Source: an uncultured Hylemonella sp. (GTDB lineage Bacteria; Pseudomonadota; Gammaproteobacteria; Burkholderiales; Burkholderiaceae_C). From it: 64,000 nt of DNA. Under the pieces are notes generated by a model. That model was not told the DNA's origin. It did no database searches and worked only from the letters and a program-made list of their open reading frames with translations. How positions within the stretch are numbered: the first letter of the stretch is position 1; every line of letters begins with the position of its first letter. The stretch is from assembly GCA_963512175.1 (NCBI GenBank), contig CAUPLI010000012.1, forward strand, positions 18,522-82,521, given 5' to 3'. A program made the position numbers and the translations under genes. This document shows, in pieces, positions 33,096-41,842 of the stretch.

Positions 33096-33979
33096 AAGTC
33101 AAGTTCTGGGGTGTGCGCGGTTCGATCGCCTCGCCGGGGCCGCACACGGTGCGCTACGGCGGCAACACCACCTGCATCGAGGTGCGCACCGACAGCAACG
33201 AGCTCATCATCCTGGACGCCGGCACCGGCATTTTCCCGCTGTCGCAGACCCTGCTGGCCGAACTGCCGGTGCAGGCCAACGTCTTCATCAGTCACTCGCA
33301 CTGGGACCACATCCAGGGCCTGCCCTTTTTCATCCCCAACTTCATCCCCGGCAACGTGCTGCGCCTGCACGGCGCCCACGACCCGGTCTCGGGCCAGGGC
33401 GTGGAGCAGGTCATGTCGGTGCAGCTGCAGTACAGCTATTTCCCGGTACGCGAAGCCGAGATGAAGGGCACGATCGAGTACGTGACGCTGATGCCCGAAC
33501 AGAGCATCCAGGTCGGCAGCGCCACCATCACACCCTATCTGCTCAACCACCCGGTCATCAACTTCGGCTACCGCATCGAGGCCAACGGCAAATCGGTCTT
33601 CTTCACCGGCGACCACGAGCCCCCCTACAACATCTACGACCCGGGCGACGCCGAGTACGCCGAATACCAGTCCTTCGTGGACGAGAAGCAGGCCTCGATC
33701 ATCCAGGCCATGCGCGGCGTGGACGTGCTGATCGCCGACACCTCCTACACGGCGCAGGAATACCCGGCCAAGGTCGGCTGGGGCCACGGCACCTTCAAGA
33801 CCAGCATCGAGGCTGCCTGCCAGGCCGGCGCCAAGGTGCTCTATTGCACGCACCACGAGCCCACCCGCAGCGACGACGCGCTGGAAGCCGCCTTCGCCCA
33901 GGCCCTGGCCGACAATCCCGTGCCCGCGGGCGGGCTGGAGATCCGGCTGGCCTTCGAAGGCCACAGCTACGAATTCTGA
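33092..33979 (+). CDS. MBL-fold metallo-hydrolase (PhnP/class-II phosphodiesterase-like)
   Basis: MKVKFWGVRGS...ILDAGTG...ISHSHWDHIQGLPFF (HxHxDH metal motif)...FTGDHEP...GHGT. ATGA overlap with the HDOD gene (33092-33095). Confidence 0.88.
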   Translation: MKVKFWGVRGSIASPGPHTVRYGGNTTCIEVRTDSNELIILDAGTGIFPLSQTLLAELPVQANVFISHSHWDHIQGLPFFIPNFIPGNVLRLHGAHDPVSGQGVEQVMSVQLQYSYFPVREAEMKGTIEYVTLMPEQSIQVGSATITPYLLNHPVINFGYRIEANGKSVFFTGDHEPPYNIYDPGDAEYAEYQSFVDEKQASIIQAMRGVDVLIADTSYTAQEYPAKVGWGHGTFKTSIEAACQAGAKVLYCTHHEPTRSDDALEAAFAQALADNPVPAGGLEIRLAFEGHSYEF

Positions 33980-33993
33980 GCCGGGCCGGCTCC

Positions 33994-35436
33994 ATGCAAC
34001 GCATCACTCCCCGCCAGTCTCACCCGCTGTACAGCGCAGCCGCCACGCGCACACTGGAGGCCACGCTGGCCGCCACGCTGCCGCCCCACACCCTGATGCA
34101 GCGTGCCGGTCTGGCCACGGCCCGGCTGGCCCTGGCCATCGCTCCGCACGCGCGTTACTACTGGATCGCCTGCGGTCCGGGCAACAACGGTGGCGATGGC
34201 CTGGAAGCGGCCATGCACCTGCAGCAGTGGGGGAAGACGCCGCTCGTGAGCTGGCTCGGCACCCCTGCCACCGCTCCGGCCGATGCCCGCGCTTCGCACG
34301 CCCGCGCCGTGGCGGCTGGTGTGCGCTTTGTCGACGCCCCGCCCGCGGACTGCGACATCTGCATCGACGCCCTGCTCGGTACCGGCGCAAGCCGCCCGCC
34401 CGAAGGCCAGCTGGCCGACTGGATCGCGCACATCAACACCCTGAGCGTGCCGGTGCTGGCCGTGGACCTGCCTTCAGGGCTGAATACCGACACCGGTGCC
34501 ACGCTCGGCCCTTGCGTGCATGCCAGTCACACACTCAGCCTGCTCACGCTCAAGCCCGGTCTCTACACGGCGCAGGGTCGCGACCAGACCGGCGAAGTCT
34601 GGTTCGAGTCCCTCGGGGCGGATGAGGTGGCCACCACGCCCCAGGCGAGTCTGGGCGGCGCGCCCGCTGCGCTCCTCCGCCGGCACGCCACGCACAAGGG
34701 CAGTTACGGTGATGTGGCGGTCATCGGCGGCGCCCGCGGCATGAGCGGTGCCTCCCTGCTGGCCGCCAGCGCGGCACTGCACCACGGTGCCGGTCGCGTT
34801 TATGTCGGCCTGCTCGATGAGGGCGGCATGACGGTGGACCCCACGCACCCCGAGCTGATGTTCCGCGACACTGCGGCCCTGGACCCCGCCCAGCTGACCG
34901 TGGTGGCCGGCTGCGGCGGCGGCCAGGCCATGGCCGCCCAGCTGCCGCGTCTGCTATCGACCGCACCGCGTCTGGTGCTGGATGCAGATGCTATTAATTC
35001 AATAGCAAATGACAGCCAGCTCGCTGTTCTCTTGCGGACACGCTCTGCACGCCAGCGCCAGACCGTGCTGACCCCGCACCCGCTGGAAGCGGCCCGACTG
35101 CTGGCCTGCACGACGGCGGCCGTGCAGGCCGACCGGCTGGCAGCCGCGCAGCAGCTGGCACGTCAGTTCGGCTGCGTCATTGTCTTGAAAGGTTCGGGCA
35201 CGGTGGTCGCAGCACCGGATCGTCCGCCGGTCATCAACCCGACCGGCAATGCGCGCCTGGCCACGGCCGGTACCGGCGACGTGCTGGCGGGGCTGATCGG
35301 TGCGCGCCTGGCGCAGGGTGAAAACGCGTTTGAGGCCGCTTGCGCCGCCGTCTGGCTGCACGGCCAGGCTGCCGACACCTGGCCGCAGGACCGGGCCCTG
35401 ACGGCCGGCGCACTGGCGCAAACCATCGCCTCCTGA
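33994..35436 (+). CDS. nnr: Bifunctional NAD(P)H-hydrate repair enzyme (epimerase/ADP-dependent dehydratase)
   Basis: N-terminal YjeF_N CGPGNNGGDG; C-terminal kinase-like LDADAIN and TAGTGDVLAG. The track ORF from 32914 is an out-of-context extension. Confidence 0.93.
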   Translation: MQRITPRQSHPLYSAAATRTLEATLAATLPPHTLMQRAGLATARLALAIAPHARYYWIACGPGNNGGDGLEAAMHLQQWGKTPLVSWLGTPATAPADARASHARAVAAGVRFVDAPPADCDICIDALLGTGASRPPEGQLADWIAHINTLSVPVLAVDLPSGLNTDTGATLGPCVHASHTLSLLTLKPGLYTAQGRDQTGEVWFESLGADEVATTPQASLGGAPAALLRRHATHKGSYGDVAVIGGARGMSGASLLAASAALHHGAGRVYVGLLDEGGMTVDPTHPELMFRDTAALDPAQLTVVAGCGGGQAMAAQLPRLLSTAPRLVLDADAINSIANDSQLAVLLRTRSARQRQTVLTPHPLEAARLLACTTAAVQADRLAAAQQLARQFGCVIVLKGSGTVVAAPDRPPVINPTGNARLATAGTGDVLAGLIGARLAQGENAFEAACAAVWLHGQAADTWPQDRALTAGALAQTIAS

Positions 35437-35448
35437 GAAACCCAGGGC

Positions 35449-36204
35449 TCAGCCGCGCCCGACGAAGGGCATCTTCGTCGCCATCACCGTGTGGAACAGC
35501 ACATTGGCCTCCAGCGGCAGCTTGGCCATGTAGAGCACGGACTGGCCGACGATGTCCACGTCCATCAGCGGCTCCACGGCGATCTCGCCATTGGCCTGCG
35601 GAACGCCCTTGGCCATGCGCGCCGCCAGATCAGTGGCGGCATTGCCGATGTCGATCTGACCCACGGCAATGTCGTAGGAACGTCCATCGAGCGAAGCCGC
35701 CTTGGTCAGGCCCATCACGCCGTGTTTGGTGGCGGTGTAGGCGATCGAGTTGGGGCGCGGCGCATGCGCCGAGATCGAGCCGTTGTTGATGATGCGACCA
35801 CCGCGCGGGCTCTGCGCCTTCATCACGCGGAAGGCGTTCTGGATACAGAAGAACATGCCCGAGAGGTTCACGTCCACCACCGACCGCCACTGCTCGACGG
35901 TCAGCTCCTCCAGCGGCACCCCGGGCGCACCCATGCCGGCATTGTTGAACAGCACATCCACCCGCCCCCAGGCCTGCACCGTGGCGTCGAACAGCGCACG
36001 CACAGCATCCGGCTTGGCCACATCGGTCGGCAGCACCAGGGCACGCGCACCAGCGCCACTGGCAGCGGCGACCGACTCCAGCAGTTCGCGCCGGCGTCCG
36101 GCCAGGGCCACGGAGTAGCCGTCTTTCAGCAGCGCGAGTGCTGCCGCCTTGCCGATGCCCGTGCCAGCGCCAGTCACGATGGCCACCTTCTTCACGCCAC
36201 TCAT
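35449..36204 (-). CDS. SDR-family NAD(P)-dependent oxidoreductase
   Basis: [17 protein letters not shown] (TGxxxGxG), NNAG, and YTATKHGV (YxxxK). Confidence 0.9.
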   Translation of the reverse strand: MSGVKKVAIVTGAGTGIGKAAALALLKDGYSVALAGRRRELLESVAAASGAGARALVLPTDVAKPDAVRALFDATVQAWGRVDVLFNNAGMGAPGVPLEELTVEQWRSVVDVNLSGMFFCIQNAFRVMKAQSPRGGRIINNGSISAHAPRPNSIAYTATKHGVMGLTKAASLDGRSYDIAVGQIDIGNAATDLAARMAKGVPQANGEIAVEPLMDVDIVGQSVLYMAKLPLEANVLFHTVMATKMPFVGRG

Positions 36205-36229
36205 TGCTTGCGTCTCCCCGGTTCAAAAA

Positions 36230-38458
36230 TCAACGACGCGTCTTGCGTCCCTTGCCCCTGGCCTTGTCCGTGACCTTCTTGGCAGCCGCCTTGACCGAGG
36301 CCTTCAGGGCCTGGATCGGCGAGGGCAAGGCACGCTTGTTCGCATCACCAGCCTTTTTGTTGCGGGTCTCCCGTTTAAGCGAGGCCTTGCGCGGTGCCCC
36401 GGTGGCCTCGTCGGCCTCCTCATGCCCCAGCCCCTTGTCGCGCAAGGCGCGGGTGGTCAGTTCCTCGCCCTCGCGCACCAGGCGGAAGTCGATGCGCCGG
36501 CCGTCCAGGTCCACGCGGCTGACCTGTACCCGCACCCGCGTGCCGATGGCGTAGCGGATGCCAGTGCGTTCGCCGCGCAGCTCCTGGCGCGCCTCGTCGA
36601 AGCGGAAGTACTCGCCGCCGAGTTCGGTGATGTGGATGAGTCCCTCCACGTACATGGCATCCAGCGTGACGAACAGGCCGAAGCTGGTGGCAGCCGTGAC
36701 CACGCCGCCGAATTCCTCGCCCAGATGCTCGCGCATGTACTTGCACTTGAGCCAGGCTTCCACGTCGCGACTGGCCTCGTCGGCGCGGCGCTCATTGGCG
36801 CTGCAATGCAGGCCGGCAGCCTGCCAGGCCATCAGCTCGGCACTGACCTTCTTCGGCTTCTCGCCGCCCGCCTTGAGCTTGGCCGCCTCGCTCTTCTCGA
36901 TCCGCTTCGAGAGCTTGGCGTGCGCCTCGCCCGGCGTCGGCAGGACCGGCAGGTGGTAACGCGTCTTGTTGAGGATGGCCTTGATCACCCGGTGCACCAG
37001 CAGGTCCGGGTAACGCCGGATCGGGCTGGTGAAGTGGGTGTAGGCCTCGAAAGCCAGGCCGAAGTGGCCGCTGTTGTGCGGCGTGTAGATGGCCTGCTGC
37101 ATGGAGCGCAGCAGCATGGAATGGATCTGCTGTGCGTCGGGCCGCTCCTTGGTGGCGATGGCAATGGCCTGGAACTCCGCCGGCGAGGGGTCCTCGCTGA
37201 TGGTCAGGCCCACGCCGGTGACCTTGAGGTAGTTGCGCAGCAGTTCGTTCTTCTCGGGCGTCGGCCCCTCGTGTACGCGGAACAGGCCAGCGTGCTTGCT
37301 CTGGCCGATGAAGTCGGCACTGCAGACGTTGGCCGCCAGCATGGCCTCCTCGATCAGGCGGTGCGCGTCATTGCGCGTGCGCGGCACGATCTTCTCGATC
37401 CGGCCGCTCTCGTCACAGATGATCTGCGTCTCGGTGGTCTCGAAATCCACGGCGCCACGCTTGGCGCGCGCGGCCAGCAAGGCGCGGTAGACGTCGTGCA
37501 GGTGCAGCAGGTCCTGGATGCGATCCTTGCGCTTGGCCGCTTCCGGCCCGCGTGTGTTAGCCAGGATGGCCGCCACCTCGGTGTAGGTGAAGCGCGCATG
37601 GCTGTGCATCACGGCCGGGTAGAACTGGTAGGCCGTGACCTCGCCCTCGCTGCTGACGAACATGTCGCAGACCATGCACAGGCGGTCCACGTCGGGGTTC
37701 AGCGAACACAGGCCGTTGGAGAGTTTCTCCGGCAGCATGGGGATCACGCGGCGCGGGAAATAGACACTGGTGGCCCGCTCATAGGCATCCACGTCAATGG
37801 CCGTGCCGGTCTCCACGTAGTGGCTGACGTCGGCAATCGCCACCAGCAGGCGCCAGCCTTGCTGAGCGCTCCTGCCACGGCCCTGGGTAGACGGCTCGCA
37901 ATAGACGGCATCGTCGAAGTCGCGCGCGTCCTCGCCGTCGATGGTGACCAGCGGGACGTCGGTCAGGTCGACGCGGTGCCGGCTGTCCTGCTCCCTCACC
38001 TTGTCGGGCAGGCCGCGCGCCTGCGCGATGCAGGCCTCGGAGAACTCGTGGGGCACGCTGTACTTGCGCACCGCGATCTCGATCTCCATGCCCGGGTCAT
38101 CGACCTCGCCCAGCACTTCCTTGATGCGCCCCACGGGCTGTCCGAAGAGCGCCGGCGGCTCGACCAGTTCGACCACCACCACCTGGCCCGCTTTGGCTTG
38201 CCCGGTGGCACTCTTGGGTATCAGGATGTCCTGACCGTAACGCTTGTCCTCGGGCGCTACCAACCAGACACCACTCTCCTGCAGCAGGCGGCCGATGATG
38301 GGTTGCGCCGCGCGTTCCATGATCTCCACCACGCGCCCCTCGGGCCGACCCTTGCGGTCGAAACGCACGACGCGCGCCTTGACGCGGTCCTTGTGCAGCA
38401 CGGCGCGCATCTCGTTGGGCGGCAGGTAGATGTCGGGCTCGCCGTCGTCACGCACCAC
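36230..38458 (-). CDS. rnr: Ribonuclease R (start uncertain; lacks the N-terminal HTH region)
   Basis: GHRDGHGFVV cold-shock region, RNB domain (DGEDARDFDDAV, HFGL..YTHFTSPIRRYPDL), S1 domain and a Lys/Arg-rich tail. The frame stays open to the TTG at 38686, but that part overlaps tRNA-Leu. The first canonical in-frame starts are GTG at 38458/38455 and ATG at 38410. CTG codons at 38512/38509 are possible non-canonical starts. Confidence 0.9.
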   Translation of the reverse strand: MVRDDGEPDIYLPPNEMRAVLHKDRVKARVVRFDRKGRPEGRVVEIMERAAQPIIGRLLQESGVWLVAPEDKRYGQDILIPKSATGQAKAGQVVVVELVEPPALFGQPVGRIKEVLGEVDDPGMEIEIAVRKYSVPHEFSEACIAQARGLPDKVREQDSRHRVDLTDVPLVTIDGEDARDFDDAVYCEPSTQGRGRSAQQGWRLLVAIADVSHYVETGTAIDVDAYERATSVYFPRRVIPMLPEKLSNGLCSLNPDVDRLCMVCDMFVSSEGEVTAYQFYPAVMHSHARFTYTEVAAILANTRGPEAAKRKDRIQDLLHLHDVYRALLAARAKRGAVDFETTETQIICDESGRIEKIVPRTRNDAHRLIEEAMLAANVCSADFIGQSKHAGLFRVHEGPTPEKNELLRNYLKVTGVGLTISEDPSPAEFQAIAIATKERPDAQQIHSMLLRSMQQAIYTPHNSGHFGLAFEAYTHFTSPIRRYPDLLVHRVIKAILNKTRYHLPVLPTPGEAHAKLSKRIEKSEAAKLKAGGEKPKKVSAELMAWQAAGLHCSANERRADEASRDVEAWLKCKYMREHLGEEFGGVVTAATSFGLFVTLDAMYVEGLIHITELGGEYFRFDEARQELRGERTGIRYAIGTRVRVQVSRVDLDGRRIDFRLVREGEELTTRALRDKGLGHEEADEATGAPRKASLKRETRNKKAGDANKRALPSPIQALKASVKAAAKKVTDKARGKGRKTRR

Positions 38459-38535
38459 AAAACCATGACCATCACGGTGTCCGTTGATGGTCCCTTCGAT
38501 TTCTTCCAGCAGGCCGCTGGATCGCTCTATATTTC

Positions 38536-38544
38536 TGATATACT
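38536..38544 (+). promoter_or_regulatory. Extended -10 promoter (TGATATACT) for tRNA-Leu
   Basis: Plus strand reads TGATATACT, ending 17 nt before the mature tRNA 5' end, within an AT-rich patch. Confidence 0.55.
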
Positions 38545-38561
38545 TCTCTCTTTCCTGAGAT

Positions 38562-38646
<85 letters not shown>

Positions 38647-38685
38647 CCAATATACGGTAAAACCAAGACGGTTTTACCAACAACA

Positions 38686-38714
38686 AGCCGCTGAGACCTC
38701 AGCGGCTTTTTTAT
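38686..38714. terminator. Bidirectional intrinsic terminator (tRNA-Leu on +, rimO on -)
   Basis: GCCGCTGA-GACC-TCAGCGGC stem-loop (38687-38706), followed by TTTTTT on the plus strand. On the minus strand the same hairpin is followed by TTGTTGTT. Confidence 0.75.
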
Positions 38715-38755
38715 TTCCCGGCTCGCCTGGAGCCGGGCACGTGAACCAAGACCGG

Positions 38756-40156
38756 TCAAATCGGCACCGCCACCAGATCGTGGCCTTGCGTGCCGACGAT
38801 GCGCGCACGCGTGAACTCACCGACCTTCAGCGTCTTGCTGATCTTCTCCGGCGGCAATAACTGCACCAGGCCATCGATCTCCGGCGCATCGGCATAACTG
38901 CGGCCGACGCCGCCCTTGCGGCCCAGGGCCGGCGCCGAATCGACCAGCACCTGCATGGTGGCGCCGATGCGGCGCTGCAGGCGCGCGGTGGACACCTCCT
39001 CGGCCACGGCCATGAAACGCGCGCGGCGCTCCTCGCGCAAGGCCTCGGGCAGCATGCCCGGCAGCTCGTTGGCCGCCGCGCCCTGCACCGGGCTGTAGGC
39101 AAAGCAGCCGGCCCGGTCGATCTGCGCCTCGCGCAGGAAACCCAGCAGGTGCTCGAACTCCTCTTCGGTCTCGCCCGGGAAACCGGCGATGAAGGTGCTG
39201 CGGATCACCAGCTCGGGGCAGATCTCGCGCCAGCGCTGGATGCGCTCCAGATTGCGCTCACCGCTGGCCGGGCGCTTCATGCGCCGCAACACCTCGGGGT
39301 GGCTGTGCTGGAAAGGCACATCCAGGTAGGGCAGCACCTTGCCCGCCGCCATCAGCGGCAGGATGTCATCCACATGGGGGTAGGGATAGACGTAGTGCAG
39401 GCGCACCCAGGCGCCGTGCGCCTCGGCCAGTTCCCCCAGGGACTGCACCAGGTCCAGCAAACGCGTCTTGACCGGCTTGCCGTCCCAGAAACCGGTGCGG
39501 TACTTCACGTCCACACCATAGGCCGAGGTGTCCTGGCTGATCACCAGCAGCTCTTTCACGCCGCCTTCGAACAGGGCCTTGGCTTCCTTCAACACATCAC
39601 CGACCGGACGCGACACCAGGTCGCCGCGCATCGAGGGGATGATGCAGAAGGTGCAGCGGTGGTTGCAACCCTCACTGATCTTCAGGTAGGCATAGTGACG
39701 CGGCGTGAGCTTGAGCCCGGCCTCGCCGAAGGCGCCCGGTACCAGGTCGATGAAGGGATCGTGCGGCTTGGGCAGGTGGGCGTGCACCGCGTCCATCACC
39801 TCCTGGGTGGCGTGCGGGCCGGTCACGGCCAGCACGCTGGGATGCATCTGCCTGACCAGGTTGCCGCCGCCCTCGCCGGACTTGGCGCCCAGGCAGCCGG
39901 TCACGATGACCTTGCCGTTCTCGGCCAGGGCCTCGCCGATCGTGTCCAGGCTTTCCTTGACGGCATCGTCGATGAAGCCGCAGGTGTTGACGATGACCAG
40001 GTCCGCGCCCTGGAAGGTCTTGGCAGTCTGGTAGCCCTCGGCGCTGAGCTGGGTGAGGATCAGCTCGGAATCGGTCAGGGCCTTGGGGCAGCCCAGGCTG
40101 ACAAAACCGATCTTCGGCGCAGGGGCTGTGGTGTTCGGGGACAGGACTTCACTCAT
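38756..40156 (-). CDS. rimO: Ribosomal protein S12 methylthiotransferase RimO
   Basis: [13 protein letters not shown]-terminal cluster, radical-SAM [10 protein letters not shown], and a C-terminal TRAM domain. Confidence 0.95.
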   Translation of the reverse strand: MSEVLSPNTTAPAPKIGFVSLGCPKALTDSELILTQLSAEGYQTAKTFQGADLVIVNTCGFIDDAVKESLDTIGEALAENGKVIVTGCLGAKSGEGGGNLVRQMHPSVLAVTGPHATQEVMDAVHAHLPKPHDPFIDLVPGAFGEAGLKLTPRHYAYLKISEGCNHRCTFCIIPSMRGDLVSRPVGDVLKEAKALFEGGVKELLVISQDTSAYGVDVKYRTGFWDGKPVKTRLLDLVQSLGELAEAHGAWVRLHYVYPYPHVDDILPLMAAGKVLPYLDVPFQHSHPEVLRRMKRPASGERNLERIQRWREICPELVIRSTFIAGFPGETEEEFEHLLGFLREAQIDRAGCFAYSPVQGAAANELPGMLPEALREERRARFMAVAEEVSTARLQRRIGATMQVLVDSAPALGRKGGVGRSYADAPEIDGLVQLLPPEKISKTLKVGEFTRARIVGTQGHDLVAVPI

Positions 40157-40184
40157 GCCCGTATTGTCCCAGTATTCGGTGACC

Positions 40185-40718
40185 TCAGCGTTTCAGACCG
40201 AAGGACTCCAGCATCTGCTCGGTCTGTTTCTGCATCTGCTCCTGCATCTGCTGGTACAGGTTCTTGGACTGCTCGAGGTTCTGCGACATCAGGCCCTGCA
40301 TCATGGGCGTCTGCATGGCCATGAACTGTGTCCACATCTCGGGACTCAGTCCCTTGGACTGCTCGGCGAGCTTGGTCTGCACGTCCTGCAAGGACTGGAT
40401 GTTCTTCTCAAGATAACCACCCATGAAACCCTGCATGGCGTGGCCGTAGAAGCGGATGATGTTGGACAGCACCGAGGTGCTGAACATGGGAGATCCGCCG
40501 GCCTCTTCTTCCAGGATGATCTGCAGCAGGATGCTGCGCGTGAGGTCTTCGCTGGTCTTGGCGTCGCGCACCACAAAAGGGGCGGCGTCCATGACCAGTT
40601 GCTTGATTTCCGTCAGCGTGATGTAGCTCGACGTGCGGGTGTCGTACAGACGGCGGTTGGGATATTTCTTGATGATCCGCTCAGCGCCTGCAGCAGCCTC
40701 ACCCTTTTTTTCTTTCAT
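40185..40718 (-). CDS. phaR: Polyhydroxyalkanoate synthesis repressor PhaR
   Basis: [21 protein letters not shown] (PHB_acc_N motif); 177 aa; AGGAG Shine-Dalgarno upstream. Confidence 0.92.
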   Translation of the reverse strand: MKEKKGEAAAGAERIIKKYPNRRLYDTRTSSYITLTEIKQLVMDAAPFVVRDAKTSEDLTRSILLQIILEEEAGGSPMFSTSVLSNIIRFYGHAMQGFMGGYLEKNIQSLQDVQTKLAEQSKGLSPEMWTQFMAMQTPMMQGLMSQNLEQSKNLYQQMQEQMQKQTEQMLESFGLKR

Positions 40719-40850
40719 ACCCTGATCTCCTCTCCTCGGTCCTGCGGACCGCTTTCATGTATTGCGCTGCAACACATTCTAGGAAGCCGGATGCGCCACC
40801 GCCCCAAGGTTTACCCTGAGAGCGGATGGCGACAAGACGGAAAGGGATTT

Positions 40851-40927
40851 TGGTAGGCGCGATTGGACTCGAACCAACGACCCCCACCATGTCAAGGTGG
40901 TGCTCTAACCAGCTGAGCTACGCGCCT
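40851..40927 (-). tRNA. tRNA-Val (anticodon GAC)
   Basis: The reverse complement gives AGGCGCG...TAGCTCAGCTGGTTAGAGC...CCACC-TTGACAT-GGTGG...GTTGG-TTCGAGT-CCAAT-CGCGCCT-A-CCA. Confidence 0.95.
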
Positions 40928-40948
40928 GAGAATTCGTTCGAGACCGCG

Positions 40949-40957
40949 AGTATAGCA
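40949..40957 (-). promoter_or_regulatory. Extended -10 promoter (TGCTATACT) for tRNA-Val
   Basis: Minus strand reads TTTGCTGCTATACTCGCGG. The -10 ends about 21 nt upstream of the mature tRNA 5' end. Confidence 0.55.
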
Positions 40958-41022
40958 GCAAACTTCGACCCTCCTTTCACTTCGCGATCAGAACGCGAGA
41001 GAAAAGGAGGGCTGCGCCATAA

Positions 41023-41044
41023 TTGACGTTTACGTCAACGTCAA
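41023..41044. promoter_or_regulatory. Candidate operator: perfect palindrome TTGACGT-TT-ACGTCAA plus an extra CGTCAA half-site
   Basis: Read directly at 41023-41038, with the repeat of CGTCAA at 41039-41044. It is immediately preceded by CATAAT (41018-23) and ends 16 nt before the SDR ATG at 41061. Confidence 0.5.
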
Positions 41045-41060
41045 AACACAGGAGCATTTC

Positions 41061-41819
<759 letters not shown>

Positions 41820-41842
41820 GCCCGCCCCCGACAGGAGCCCCC

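Noticed and set aside
38647-38714. The tRNA-Leu 3' flank (AT-rich hairpin plus terminator) as a remnant attachment site of an integrated element.
   Set aside because: There is no duplicated tRNA 3' segment, integrase or foreign-looking genes on either side. rimO and rnr are core genes.
40760-40785. Possible PhaR auto-operator (TTGCGCTGCAA dyad) upstream of phaR.
   Set aside because: It is only a short imperfect dyad (TTGC-N3-GCAA). It does not match the PhaR binding repeats I can recall, and there is no second copy in the region. Support is insufficient.
41023-41038. Reading the TTGACGTTTACGTCAA palindrome as an FNR/CRP-family site.
   Set aside because: FNR/CRP boxes have TTGAT-N4-ATCAA or TGTGA-N6-TCACA geometry. 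Here the arms are TTGACGT with a 2-nt centre, so the spacing and core do not fit. It is kept as an unassigned operator.
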